Shown here piece after piece: positions 9,822 through 19,806 of a stretch of DNA of 62,974 nucleotides; position 1 is the stretch's first letter; every line of letters begins with the position of its first letter. The stretch is taken from the NCBI GenBank assembly GCA_045628895.1, contig JAZQQD010000135.1, positions 1-62,974 of the forward strand, read 5' to 3'. The DNA is from Faecousia sp. (GTDB lineage: Bacteria > Bacillota > Clostridia > Oscillospirales > Oscillospiraceae). Under the pieces are notes generated by a model. That model saw only the letters and a program-made list of their open reading frames with translations, did not search any database and was not told where the DNA came from. The translations under genes were made by a program, and so were the position numbers.

Positions 9822-9850
9822 TAATGATTTTATAATTTATAAAATCATTA
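9822..9850. promoter_or_regulatory. Candidate GntR operator (perfect 14-bp inverted repeat)
   Basis: TAATGATTTTATAA-T-TTATAAAATCATTA between the divergent ptb and gntR genes. Confidence 0.6.
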
Positions 9851-9874
9851 ACATCTTTGGAGATGAGGCTTACC

Positions 9875-10525
9875 ATGGCAAAAATTGTGAAACAATCTCT
9901 GGCGGACCAGATCTACATCCGGCTCCGCAAGGATATTCTGACACTCCGCTACCCCTTGGGCAGCCGCATCAATGTCAATGAAGTGCAGGACCGGCTGGGT
10001 GTATCCAGCACCCCTTTCCGGGAAGCACTGAACCGTTTGACACAGGATGGTCTGGTTGTCATGGTGCCCAATATTGGTGCCTCAGTTCTGTCGCTGGATG
10101 CACAGGATGTGGCAGAAATTGAGGAAGCTGCCTTCACCCTTCAGACTGCCGCCGTTCACCTTTCCCTTCAGAGAGGTGATCGTCAGGAAATGCTGAACGA
10201 AATCGAAGATTCTGTACAGCGTTATGCTGCAGCAACAGATTCCCGGGATTGCCTGAAGGCTTTCTTTGATCTGATCGGTGTTTTCTATCACCATTGCGGA
10301 AACCGCCGCCTGGATAGCACCATGATTGCCCTGCAGGGGCAGGTACTTCTGCTGCGATATATCTACGCAGAGTGTCCTGGCAGCCAGAATAATCTGGATT
10401 TGCTGGAAATCATGCGTGACGGTGTGAAAGAAAACAATCCGAACAAAATACTGGATGCACTTCAGGAATACAGCCGCCGCAGCATCCCTGCCATCCTGAG
10501 CTGGCTGGAAGCACAAAAGAAATAA
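9875..10525 (+). CDS. GntR-family (FCD) transcriptional regulator
   Basis: SLADQIY...LGVSSTPFREALNRL winged HTH. Confidence 0.9.
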   Translation: MAKIVKQSLADQIYIRLRKDILTLRYPLGSRINVNEVQDRLGVSSTPFREALNRLTQDGLVVMVPNIGASVLSLDAQDVAEIEEAAFTLQTAAVHLSLQRGDRQEMLNEIEDSVQRYAAATDSRDCLKAFFDLIGVFYHHCGNRRLDSTMIALQGQVLLLRYIYAECPGSQNNLDLLEIMRDGVKENNPNKILDALQEYSRRSIPAILSWLEAQKK

Positions 10526-10535
10526 TCGTCTTTCC

Positions 10536-10567
10536 CCGCCGTCCCCTCCGCAAGGAGAGGACGGCGG
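10536..10567. terminator. Hairpin terminator between convergent gntR and vor genes
   Basis: CCGCCGTCCCCTCC-GCAA-GGAGAGGACGGCGG. Confidence 0.6.
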
Positions 10568-10576
10568 ATTGCTTTA

Positions 10577-11122
10577 TTATCTCTGTTCTCTGCCGATTTC
10601 CAGACCCTTCTGGAAAGCCTCTTTGTTCAGGGGCAGCAGCTTGGGCTTGGAAGCCAGCTTATGCTCAATGGTGTTCCAAACGATAGCAGGATCGATGACT
10701 TCGGTATAGCCTACGTACACACCCAGCATGATGACGTTCAGCACCTTGGCATTGCCCATTTCCAGAGCCAGCTCGGTAACGGGAGCCTTCACCACGGTGA
10801 CATCTTCGCGGGTAATCTCGTCGGTAACGATGGAGCTGTTGATAAACAACCGTCCGCCGTTTTTCAGAGTGGGCAGGAACTTTGCCAGAGAGGGGCCGTT
10901 CATGACAATCAGATCATCCATCACATCGCCCAGAGGTGCACCGATGTCATCATCGGAGATGACCACAAAGCAGTTGGCGGTACCGCCGCGCTGCTCAGCG
11001 CCGTAGGAGGGGAAGAAAGTCACATTCTTGTCGGTAGAATTGCAGGTAGCATCCGCCAGGAATTTGCCCAGGGACATAACGCCCTGACCGCCGAAGCCGG
11101 CAACACACAGATTGGTTTCCAT
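10577..11122 (-). CDS. 2-oxoacid:ferredoxin oxidoreductase gamma subunit
   Basis: AGFGGQGV and PSYGAEQRGGTANC motifs. Confidence 0.92.
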   Translation of the reverse strand: METNLCVAGFGGQGVMSLGKFLADATCNSTDKNVTFFPSYGAEQRGGTANCFVVISDDDIGAPLGDVMDDLIVMNGPSLAKFLPTLKNGGRLFINSSIVTDEITREDVTVVKAPVTELALEMGNAKVLNVIMLGVYVGYTEVIDPAIVWNTIEHKLASKPKLLPLNKEAFQKGLEIGREQR

Positions 11123-11134
11123 AATTCTTCCTCC

Positions 11135-11872
11135 TTATCTGTCGCGGAAGGTGCCCAGAGGATACTCTGCCAACATCTTCTCTTCCAGGAAGTCCAGAGC
11201 CTTCAGAGCGTCCATACCCCAGTTGGTGGGGCAGCTGGTGATGATCTCCACCAGAGAGAAGCCCTTGCCATCCAGCTGGTTCTGGAAAGCCTTTTTGATA
11301 GCCTGCTTGGTCTTGTTCACATTGGCGGGATTGTTGCAGCTGGTACGAGCCAGGAAAGCAGGTGCTTCCAGCTGATTCAAAACTTCGCACATATGCATGG
11401 GATAGCCATGTTCCTTGGGATCACGGCCCTTGGGTGCGGTGGAAGCCTTCATGCCCACCAGAGTGGTGGGAGACATCTGACCGCCGGTCATGCCGTAAAT
11501 ACCATTGTTGATAAAGATAACGCTGAAGTTCTCACCGCGGTTTGCAGCGGAAACGGACTCTGCCAGACCGATGGAAGCAAAGCCGCCGTCGCCCTGGTAG
11601 GTAAAGACCAGGGTATCCGGGCTGGTGCGCTTGATGCCGGTAGCAACGGCGCAGGCACGGCCGTGAGGTGCGGTAATATCGTCATAAGCCAGATAGTCCA
11701 TGTGCAGACCGCAGCAGCCGATACCCTGTACGCATACAGCCTTATTGACCAGGTTCATTTCCTCCAGAACTTCGCCGATAAGCTTGATGACGGTAGAGTG
11801 CATACAGCCGGGGCAGAAGCCGGATACCTTATCTTCCTGGATGGTTTTTGTTCTGGTATAAATCTTTTCCAT
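11135..11872 (-). CDS. 2-oxoacid:ferredoxin oxidoreductase beta (TPP-binding) subunit
   Basis: FCPGC-H, GIGCC, YQGDG, INNGIYGMTGGQ-SPTT, CPTNW motifs. Confidence 0.93.
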   Translation of the reverse strand: MEKIYTRTKTIQEDKVSGFCPGCMHSTVIKLIGEVLEEMNLVNKAVCVQGIGCCGLHMDYLAYDDITAPHGRACAVATGIKRTSPDTLVFTYQGDGGFASIGLAESVSAANRGENFSVIFINNGIYGMTGGQMSPTTLVGMKASTAPKGRDPKEHGYPMHMCEVLNQLEAPAFLARTSCNNPANVNKTKQAIKKAFQNQLDGKGFSLVEIITSCPTNWGMDALKALDFLEEKMLAEYPLGTFRDR

Positions 11873-11875
11873 TAC

Positions 11876-12955
11876 TTAGCCCTCCACGATTTTCTTGGCA
11901 GCCGCAATGACATCATTACGGCTCATGATGTTGCCGCCGGAGCACAGGCAGGTCTCAATGGGTGCACGACCCTTAACTGCAGCCTGGACATCTTCTACGA
12001 ACAGTGCGGGGATGGACATCTCAATGTCCAGAATCGCCTTAACCTTGGTATAATCCAGACGGTCGTAAGCTGCGGTGGGGAAGGGATAAACGGTGATGGG
12101 GCGAACCATACCGGCCTTGATGCCCTCTGCACGAAGCAGATTGACAGCACTCTTGGCAATACGACCGCAGATGCCGTAGGCAGTCAAAATGACTTCTGCG
12201 TCCTCGGTCATGTACTCCTCGACCATTGCTTCGGACTTCCAGGACTCGTACATAGCAGCAGCTTTTTCGTTCTCCTGCTGCATGACAACGGTGGACCACT
12301 GGCCGGGCTGGATCCAGGAACGGTTTGCATAGTCCAGCTCATGACCGACACATGCCCACTTTCTCTTGGACTCCTTGATAGCAGCAACTTCCTCATCGGA
12401 CTTTGCTTCGGGCAGTTCAACAGGCTCCATCATGGTGCCGATAACGCCGTCAGCCAGCAGAAGAACCGGGGTGCGATCACGGTCTGCCCAGTCAAATGCC
12501 TTGACAGTCAGGTCAACAGCCTCCTGAACGGTGGAGGGAGCCAGAACGGGCATACGGAAGCCGCCGTTGCCGCTTGCCTTGGTTGCCTGCAGGTAGTCCT
12601 GCTGGGCAGGCTGAATAGAACCTACGCCGGGGCCGCCACGGGCAAAGTTAGCATACACCATGGGAATCCGGGCAGATGCGCAATAGCTGATACCCTCACT
12701 CTTCAGCGCAATTCCGGGAGAAGAGGAGGAAGTCATAGAACGGGTACCTGCAGCAGCGGCACCGTAGACCATGTTGATAGAAGCAACCTCGCTCTCACCC
12801 TGAACAAACACACCGCCGACTTCGGGCAGCTTGCGGGCCAGATACTCGGGAACCTCATTCTGAGGGGTGATGGGATAACCGGCAAAGAACCGGCAGCCGG
12901 CACGAACGGCAGCTTCAGCGACTGCCTCAGTGCCCTTCATAAACACTCTTGCCAT
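11876..12955 (-). CDS. vorB: 2-oxoacid:ferredoxin oxidoreductase alpha subunit (VorB type)
   Basis: FAGYPITPQ, ESEVASINMVYGA, RGGPG-GSIQPAQQDY motifs. Confidence 0.9.
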   Translation of the reverse strand: MARVFMKGTEAVAEAAVRAGCRFFAGYPITPQNEVPEYLARKLPEVGGVFVQGESEVASINMVYGAAAAGTRSMTSSSSPGIALKSEGISYCASARIPMVYANFARGGPGVGSIQPAQQDYLQATKASGNGGFRMPVLAPSTVQEAVDLTVKAFDWADRDRTPVLLLADGVIGTMMEPVELPEAKSDEEVAAIKESKRKWACVGHELDYANRSWIQPGQWSTVVMQQENEKAAAMYESWKSEAMVEEYMTEDAEVILTAYGICGRIAKSAVNLLRAEGIKAGMVRPITVYPFPTAAYDRLDYTKVKAILDIEMSIPALFVEDVQAAVKGRAPIETCLCSGGNIMSRNDVIAAAKKIVEG

Positions 12956-12967
12956 GCTCTTACCTCC

Positions 12968-13177
12968 TTAACGATAGACATCGATTGCCCCGTCGGGACA
13001 GATTTTTCCGCAGATTGCGCAGCCAATACAGGCGTCGGGATTGGCGGGATAAACATACTCGTATCCCTTGGAATTCACTTCTTTACCGACAGCAAGCACG
13101 CCCTTGGGACAGAATTTGATGCAATAGCCGCAGCTCTTGCAACGCTCTTTGATAATATCTACCTTGCCTTGTGCCAT
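12968..13177 (-). CDS. 2x[4Fe-4S] ferredoxin, delta subunit
   Basis: CKSCGYCIKFCP and CIGCAICGKICP; start MAQGK after an AAGGAG RBS. Confidence 0.92.
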   Translation of the reverse strand: MAQGKVDIIKERCKSCGYCIKFCPKGVLAVGKEVNSKGYEYVYPANPDACIGCAICGKICPDGAIDVYR

Positions 13178-13397
13178 TACCTTCGCTCCTTTTTTATATT
13201 TTCCCATCCATATATCAGTAAGGAGGCACCTCGCTCTCGGAATGAAAATCCAAATGAAAACCGCTTGTTCCGGTTGGGCATCCCAGGATTGGCTGTTTTT
13301 CTTCTCTTTTCATTCCGGGGCAAAATGATTCTTTCCGTTAAACAGATGGTATCTTTCAATCAATTCGTATTTCGAATCGAAGGAAAAACAAAATCAG

Positions 13398-14102
13398 TTA
13401 CTGCTCCCACTCATAGGTGAGATACAGTTTGATGGGGATCACGATTCCCGAGGTTTCCGCCGCAACCGACTGACTCAGAGAATCCATCACCGTGGTAAAC
13501 TCCACCGGCTTATAAGGCCCGACCATCTCATCCAGCTTCCTCATACCGTCCAGCACATTCTGTGCGTCGGTGCTGCTTCCCAGATTGGGATTGCCGATAA
13601 GATGCAGCAAATCCAGCCGGACATGGGAAACACCCAGCGTCTGAGACAGAACCTTATCAATATGTTCAAGATCCATAGACCATGGACGATAGGGATTGAT
13701 GACGTAAAATACCGAACAGTCGGGTCTATTCAGCATGGGGGCGTAGCCGCCGATGGAACGGGCACCGATGTAATCTCCACCCACATCCAGCACGGTATAG
13801 ACCGATTCATCCAGCATCTGCCGGGTAACGCCGCCTGTGACAGTGGGTGCATCCATGAATTGCTCTTCAAAGTGAACATGAATCCCCTGACCGGTCAAAA
13901 AAGCAGCCTGATCCCGGGATCGGAAGAGTGGCTTGGTCATATCCAGATCGTAAAAATGCACCGGCTTTTCAGACTGTGCAGCAAGAGCCAGCGCCACATT
14001 AATGGCAATTTCACTTTTGCCGCTTCCCGCCTCACCGATAAAAATAAAACTATGAGACCGAGGATACAGTTCAGTTAATACGAAATTGTTTCCGTTGCTC
14101 AT
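13398..14102 (-). CDS. P-loop ATP-binding protein associated with the vor operon
   Basis: GEAGSGKSE Walker A; DLD-KPLFRSR and LDVGGD-GAR motifs. Confidence 0.75.
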   Translation of the reverse strand: MSNGNNFVLTELYPRSHSFIFIGEAGSGKSEIAINVALALAAQSEKPVHFYDLDMTKPLFRSRDQAAFLTGQGIHVHFEEQFMDAPTVTGGVTRQMLDESVYTVLDVGGDYIGARSIGGYAPMLNRPDCSVFYVINPYRPWSMDLEHIDKVLSQTLGVSHVRLDLLHLIGNPNLGSSTDAQNVLDGMRKLDEMVGPYKPVEFTTVMDSLSQSVAAETSGIVIPIKLYLTYEWEQ

Positions 14103-14202
14103 TGGATTCCGCTCCCTTTTTTATGTAGCCCGCAAAAAGCGGCTGTCTCTTTTCTTTATTTTCATTATAATATGAAAAAACACAAAATTCAAGACCCATT
14201 TA

Positions 14203-14218
14203 ATATTTTATAAAATAT
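14203..14218. promoter_or_regulatory. Second candidate GntR operator
   Basis: Perfect palindrome ATATTTTATAAAATAT between the divergent vor operon and MFS gene; shares the ATTTTATAA half-site with 9822-9850. Confidence 0.45.
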
Positions 14219-14332
14219 ATAATATATTATACAAAAACCTCTGGACAAACGAGTGATTTCGTATTACAATAACTGTGCAAGATGTGCAAAATAAAACCGT
14301 CCCGTGTTTCCGGGCAGAAAAAGGAGATTTTT

Positions 14333-15547
14333 ATGAAACAAAGAAATCTTAACCTTCGCTGGATCTATCTGGCTCTGGGCGTGGTTGCCCTGCTGTTTGC
14401 CGGTGTGATTTATGCATGGTCCATTCTGAAAACCCCTTTGGCAGAACAGTTTGGTTGGTCCGGTGCCCAGCTTGCGCTGAACTTCACCCTCACCATCTGT
14501 TTCTTCTGCCTCGGCAGCTTTTTCGGCGGTCTCGCCAGCAAAAAGCTCGGCATTCGTCTGTGCCTGATTCTCGCCGGTATTCTGAGCGGACTCGGCTTCT
14601 TTGCCGCTTCCCGTCTTTCCGGCAATGGCATTCTGGGGCTTTACATCAGCTACGGCGTTGTTGCCGGCAGCGGCATCGGTATTGCCTACAATGTCATTAT
14701 TTCCACTGTCAACGCATGGTTCCCCGATAAAAAAGGACTTTGCTCCGGTGCTCTGCTCATGGGCTTCGGCGGCTCTGCCCTGGTCATCGGCAAACTGGCT
14801 GCTGCCCTCATCGACGGTCCCGGCTGGCGCACCGCATATCTGACCATCGGTGCCGCACTGGCTGTGGTTCTGATCCTCACAGCTCTGATTCTCAAGAAGC
14901 CCGATGCGGGTATGGTCTTCCCTGCACCCAAGCAGAAAGGGAGCAGTGCAGGAAAGGAGTCTAACGTCGTTGACTATTCCACTTCCCAGATGGTACGTCG
15001 GATTTCCTTCTGGCTGGCATTCTTCTGCATCGTGTTTCTCTCCGCTGTGGGCAACACCGTGATCTCCTTTGCCCGTGATCTGTCCCTCTCCGTCGGTGCA
15101 AGCGCAGCTCTGGCTACCACTCTGGTAGGTGTGCTTTCTGTCTGCAACGGTCTGGGTCGTATCCTCATGGGTGTTCTGTTTGACAATATAGGAAGAAAGA
15201 AGACCATGATCGCAGCCAACCTTCTGACCATTTCTGCCGCTGCTATCACCCTGCTGGCCGTTCAGTCCCACTCCCTGCCTCTCTGCATTGTGGGTCTGTG
15301 CCTTACCGGCTTCTCCTATGGCTCCGGTCCGACCTTTACTTCCGCTCTGACCTCCGAATTCTACGGCACAAAATATTTCCCTCTGAATTTCTCTGTTATG
15401 AATTTCAATTTGATGGTGGCATCCTTCATGGCAACCATTTCCAGCAGTCTGCTGGAGGCTTCCGGAGGATATGTGCTTCCCTTCCTGTTCCTGCTGGGAT
15501 TGGCTGTGGTCTCGCTGATTCTAAATCTCTCTTTGAAGCGTCCTTGA
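14333..15547 (+). CDS. MFS transporter, oxalate/formate antiporter (OFA) family
   Basis: GVIYAWS, WFPDKKGLCSG, NGLGR motifs; about 12 TM; start after an AAGGAG RBS. Confidence 0.85.
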   Translation: MKQRNLNLRWIYLALGVVALLFAGVIYAWSILKTPLAEQFGWSGAQLALNFTLTICFFCLGSFFGGLASKKLGIRLCLILAGILSGLGFFAASRLSGNGILGLYISYGVVAGSGIGIAYNVIISTVNAWFPDKKGLCSGALLMGFGGSALVIGKLAAALIDGPGWRTAYLTIGAALAVVLILTALILKKPDAGMVFPAPKQKGSSAGKESNVVDYSTSQMVRRISFWLAFFCIVFLSAVGNTVISFARDLSLSVGASAALATTLVGVLSVCNGLGRILMGVLFDNIGRKKTMIAANLLTISAAAITLLAVQSHSLPLCIVGLCLTGFSYGSGPTFTSALTSEFYGTKYFPLNFSVMNFNLMVASFMATISSSLLEASGGYVLPFLFLLGLAVVSLILNLSLKRP

Positions 15548-15566
15548 TTCCGATAGGAGGGCTTTT

Positions 15567-15977
15567 ATGACAGACCTGGAAAAAATACTGTGCTTATCCA
15601 ATGATAACCGACATTTTCTCCGAGACTTTTGCATGGAGCTGGTTTCCGAGGAGCTGAATCATGTAAAGATTTCTGCCCAGGTTCAGCAATCCGTGTGCAA
15701 CAACTACGGTTACGCCCACGGCGGTTTTCTTATGACTTTGTCGGATGTTGCCGCAGGTCTGACCGCCTTTACCGATGGCAGAAACTATGTGACCCAAAGC
15801 TCTAATTTTCAATTTTTAGGCAATGTAAAAAGCGGTATGGTTCTTGCAGAGGGTACTGTCCTCCACCGGGGAAAAACCGTGACCTCTGTTCGGGTGGAAG
15901 TTACCGATGAGAGCGGTAAGCTGCTGTGCGAAGGACTTTTTTCCATGTTCTGTGTTCAAAAACAGTTTGCGCAGTAA
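15567..15977 (+). CDS. PaaI-family hotdog thioesterase
   Basis: N-YG-AHGG-LMTLSD-AAG motif. Confidence 0.88.
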   Translation: MTDLEKILCLSNDNRHFLRDFCMELVSEELNHVKISAQVQQSVCNNYGYAHGGFLMTLSDVAAGLTAFTDGRNYVTQSSNFQFLGNVKSGMVLAEGTVLHRGKTVTSVRVEVTDESGKLLCEGLFSMFCVQKQFAQ

Positions 15978-16130
15978 CACACGCAAGCGCATAGGATGAC
16001 AGCATTCTTCATATCATCGATAAGCAACGCATTTCGCAATAATCGATTCCCCCAGTATGAAATCAGGGCAGTCCTGTTGAATTTTAACAGGACTGCCCTT
16101 CTTTTCACTTTATGAACATTGCCGCAAATT
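15931..16130 (-). repeat. Repeat copy B: thioesterase 3' end, spacer, hairpin and degenerate abrB 3' end
   Basis: Aligns by eye with 21733-21942; hairpin AGGGCAGTCCTGTT...AACAGGACTGCCCT; remnant ...FAAMFIK* on the minus strand. Confidence 0.85.
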
Positions 16131-16185
16131 AAGATTCCGCCTATGGCATATTGTCCCGGTTTTATGTAAATAATTGCATTTCTGT

Positions 16186-17061
16186 CTAATCTACTGTGTG
16201 GAAATGCTCCAACAGCATTTCCTGAAACAGAGCAACGAAGGAAACACTGGTGTTCTTTCGCCACGCCAGAGCAACGCGCTGGTGCTCATCAATGGGCATG
16301 AAGCGGAAGGAAGGATAGTGGATTGCGAAGCACCATTGATCCAGAAGCGCCACCGCGGAGCCGGTTTCTACATAATGAAGAACGGTTTCGGTGTTGGCAA
16401 CCGTTTTGAACTTGGGGACAAAATGGTATGCCCTGAAAATTGCTTCGTTTTCCTGCACCAGCCTGCGGATCACCGGGTCATCAGCAATCAGAAAATCATA
16501 GGGATAAAAATCAGCCGGTGTTTTCAATTGGTCCGCTCCGGGAAGTGTATTGGAGTAAACGATCAACCTTTGAATATCCGTAAACCGACGCACCTCAAAA
16601 TTCTGGGCATCGTCTAAATAATTCTCGAAGGATATGACCGCATCCAGCCGCTTTTCCTCCAGGCCGAGACATAGACTTTTGAAGTCCAGACATTCATAGA
16701 TCACGTGAAAAGAGGGGTCTTTCTCCTTGCATTTTTCCACAACTGCCGGAAGAAAATCATTCGTACGCCAGCTTTTGTTGATGCCAAGCCGCAATGCCCG
16801 CGTATTCTCAGACAGGCTCAGCCTTGTGTTTTGAAGCTCCAGACTCATTCGCTGGAACAGATTAAAATAGGATTTCCCGGCAGGCGTGAGCATCACCTTT
16901 CTGCTGTTTACCCGAAGGAACAGAGCAGTGCCCAATTCCTCCTCCAAAGAGGAAATATAGCGACTGATTGCAGGCTGTGGAAGGAGCAGATTTTCGGCAG
17001 CACGTGTAAAATTCAGCAGTCTCCCCGCTTCAAGAAAGCACTCTATTTGCCGATCGTTCAT
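16186..17061 (-). CDS. LysR-family transcriptional regulator
   Basis: LNFTRAAENLLLPQPAISRYISSLEEELG HTH. Confidence 0.92.
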   Translation of the reverse strand: MNDRQIECFLEAGRLLNFTRAAENLLLPQPAISRYISSLEEELGTALFLRVNSRKVMLTPAGKSYFNLFQRMSLELQNTRLSLSENTRALRLGINKSWRTNDFLPAVVEKCKEKDPSFHVIYECLDFKSLCLGLEEKRLDAVISFENYLDDAQNFEVRRFTDIQRLIVYSNTLPGADQLKTPADFYPYDFLIADDPVIRRLVQENEAIFRAYHFVPKFKTVANTETVLHYVETGSAVALLDQWCFAIHYPSFRFMPIDEHQRVALAWRKNTSVSFVALFQEMLLEHFHTVD

Positions 17062-17126
17062 AGAAATTCCCTCTTTTCAATAGAGTCATTTACACAATTA
17101 TACCAAAAAAAGACACATAGGGCAAC

Positions 17127-17156
17127 AAAAAAACGCCGGAAAATCCGGCGTCTTTT
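17127..17156 (-). terminator. Terminator after the LVIVD gene
   Basis: ACGCCGGA-AAA-TCCGGCGT flanked by A/T tracts. Confidence 0.6.
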
Positions 17157-17165
17157 GTTATGAAA

Positions 17166-18545
17166 TCAGACAAGGCACTTTAAGATGTACACACCATCGT
17201 GCAGCGCATTCATATAGATATAGCCGCGGTCATCCACCACAACATCCTCGGCAGTACCCATAGGCTTAATGGGCATTTCTACATCGAAGCACAGCTTTTC
17301 AGGGTTAGGCGGAATGAAGTAGGCAATCTCCTTGGGAACATAAGGATCGGAAACATCGTAAACTCTCAAGCCGGCATGGAAGTAGCAGTCATACACACGG
17401 TCGCTGCGATCCTCGATCCAGGGCTTGTTTGTCATCGGCTCGTGGAGATTGTGAGGACCGAAGGAAGTCGGGAAATCCTGCCCCAGCTGGTTGAAGTTCT
17501 TGTAGGGGAAGCCCTCGGGAACTTCAGGATAGGGGAACACGGAAATCAGTACAGGATCCGCAGGATTGGAAACATCAAACATCTCAATGCCGCAGAAGGA
17601 ATGAACGCCAAACTGCTCAAACTGCTCCTTTCCATAGGTCCACTGACGCTCGCCTTCCTGCATGCCGACGGCATAGTGGGTGCCGTGGATGGGCATGAAG
17701 GTATGGCACAGAGCACCGCCAAACTTGGTAGCAAAGGGAGGAGTCATTTTGCACTCGCCCAGAACCTGAGGCCATGCGGGATTGGAGATATCCAGAATCT
17801 TGAAGCCACCACCGGCGCAGCTCAGATAGGCCAGATTATCATCGGTGCCTACATAGGGGAAGTGAACGAAACCGGGGTAGGTGTTGTAGCCCTGCCAGCC
17901 GTGCCACTCCTTCTTACGGGTTGCCTCGGTCTGGTTGCCGAAGAACTGACCGGGATTCCACCAGCGGCCAACCTCCTTGGGATTTTCGGGATCGGAGATA
18001 TCCACAATACGGTAGATAAAGTCCTTGAAGCCCTCAGCGGTAGCGGACAGGTGTAGGTACTTACCGCCATTATAAGAGAAGCGGTGAACGCCGGAGCCGG
18101 GGTTATCCGTATCGCCGGTGGCCCAGAAAGACAGCTTCTTGGGATGCTCAGGATCTTCCTTCAGACTAAAAATATGTACACCGCCGGGAGCCGGGGTATA
18201 GACCTCAGGAGCAGGTCCATGCAGGAACTCCAGGCAGTTTCCGTTAGAAACAATCATCAGATCTTCGCAAATCTGAACCTTGGGAGTAGACATATAGGGA
18301 TGCTTTACAGGATCCATTACCGGCATGTACTGAACATGGCGGGGATTTGCGGGGTCAGTTACATCAATGATCTCTACACCGTAGCCATAAAAACAGCCGC
18401 CATAGAGATAGTATCTGCCATCCTCGGTTTTATAAAGCTGGGACTGGAACAGGTAGTGGTTATCGGCATCGTGATAGCCGACTACTTCCATATTTTTGAT
18501 ATAGCCCTCATTGCCTTCGCTTTTTGCGTAAAACTTCGCAGACAT
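17166..18545 (-). CDS. LVIVD-repeat beta-propeller protein, function unknown
   Basis: Repeats IIDVTDPANP, IVDISDPENPKEVG, ILDISNPAWP, MFDVSNPADP, VYDVSDPYVP; no signal peptide. Confidence 0.8.
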   Translation of the reverse strand: MSAKFYAKSEGNEGYIKNMEVVGYHDADNHYLFQSQLYKTEDGRYYLYGGCFYGYGVEIIDVTDPANPRHVQYMPVMDPVKHPYMSTPKVQICEDLMIVSNGNCLEFLHGPAPEVYTPAPGGVHIFSLKEDPEHPKKLSFWATGDTDNPGSGVHRFSYNGGKYLHLSATAEGFKDFIYRIVDISDPENPKEVGRWWNPGQFFGNQTEATRKKEWHGWQGYNTYPGFVHFPYVGTDDNLAYLSCAGGGFKILDISNPAWPQVLGECKMTPPFATKFGGALCHTFMPIHGTHYAVGMQEGERQWTYGKEQFEQFGVHSFCGIEMFDVSNPADPVLISVFPYPEVPEGFPYKNFNQLGQDFPTSFGPHNLHEPMTNKPWIEDRSDRVYDCYFHAGLRVYDVSDPYVPKEIAYFIPPNPEKLCFDVEMPIKPMGTAEDVVVDDRGYIYMNALHDGVYILKCLV

Positions 18546-18781
18546 TTCATTTCCTCCTTATGTGATAAATAACAGAAACACGCGGACACTATGCGATATT
18601 TTTATTATACTCATGGAATTATTTCTTTTCAAATACGAAAAACAGGAGGAATCTATATCAAAATTGTTATTAATAAAATTCATAATTAGCATTTTCAAAA
18701 TATGACATTTCTTACTATAATATTATCGGGCATCTCAATGGAATTGGCAATTATTCCAAAAAACCTAAGGAGGACTACAAA

Positions 18782-19774
18782 ATGAAAATTCTCGGATTAT
18801 CCTGTGGTACCAGAAACGGTAACAACGATACCATGTGCCGCGTGGCACTGGAAGCAGCTCAGGAAATGGGCGCTGAAATTGAGTTCATTCATGTGTTTGA
18901 CTGGGACATCAAGTATTGTTCCGGCTGTGTAGCCTGCTCCCGTGGCCTGGTTATGGGCAAGGGCATGATCTGCACCCAGAAGGACGATTACGCAGCTCTG
19001 TATCAGAAAATGATTGAGGCTGACGGCGTTCTGGTGGTAGACCCCATTTACGAGTCCGGCGGATCCGGACTGTTCCATGTGCTGTGCGACCGTATGGGTC
19101 CCGGGCATGACACCGGCATGCTGATGATGCTGGACGGCAAGCTGAAGGAGCAGGGCAAGGAAGGCCTGAATCCCCGTATCTTCCGTCAGAAAGCACTGTC
19201 CTTTGTTGGCATCGGCGGCTCCGATTGGGCTGTCCGTGTAGAGACCGACCATGCTATGCTGGCAATGTCTCCCGGTTGGAAGGTTGTTAACAACGAATTC
19301 TTCTCCTGGTGCAAGGACGTCATCATGCAGGATGACAAGGTTGAGCGTATGCGTCAGATCGGCCGTAACCTGGTTGAGGCCGCTCAGATCATCATTGATC
19401 AGGATATGCAGATCGCCGGCTCTGAGGAAATCGATCTGTGGAAGGGCGAAGAGGGCGGCTGCCCCCATTGCCATGGCAATAACTTCTACATCTACTCCGG
19501 CACAAACCACGCTGTCTGCGAGCTCTGCGGTCTGGAAGGCCACATGGAGCTGGTGAACGGTGCAATGAAGCTCGTTCCTGACGAGTCCATCGTTCCCAAC
19601 GGCCACATCGAGCATTGCCATGATCTGCTCTCCGGCAAGGCTGCTCACGGTGCTGACATTTTCGAGAACGAAGGCCGCCTCATGAACCTGTTCAAGGACG
19701 AGACCTTCAAGGCTCGTAAGAAGCACTATACCGACGTGGTAGCTGCCACTCCCTCTCCCTCCAAGGCAAAATAA
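18782..19774 (+). CDS. flr: Flavone reductase (FLR)-like flavodoxin-fold ene-reductase
   Basis: MKILG-S-G-RNG-ND-MC, C-GC-AC, DR-GP, GGSDW, CPHCH...C-LCGLEG, HD-LSGK-HG-DI-EN; collinear with my recollection of Flavonifractor plautii FLR. Confidence 0.75.
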   Translation: MKILGLSCGTRNGNNDTMCRVALEAAQEMGAEIEFIHVFDWDIKYCSGCVACSRGLVMGKGMICTQKDDYAALYQKMIEADGVLVVDPIYESGGSGLFHVLCDRMGPGHDTGMLMMLDGKLKEQGKEGLNPRIFRQKALSFVGIGGSDWAVRVETDHAMLAMSPGWKVVNNEFFSWCKDVIMQDDKVERMRQIGRNLVEAAQIIIDQDMQIAGSEEIDLWKGEEGGCPHCHGNNFYIYSGTNHAVCELCGLEGHMELVNGAMKLVPDESIVPNGHIEHCHDLLSGKAAHGADIFENEGRLMNLFKDETFKARKKHYTDVVAATPSPSKAK

Positions 19775-19806
19775 TCCCCTACATATCAGATTCGGAGGTA
19801 ACTGCA

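Noticed and set aside
10661-13420. 919-aa plus-strand ORF
   Set aside because: Antisense shadow across the vor subunits, which carry clear motifs on the minus strand.
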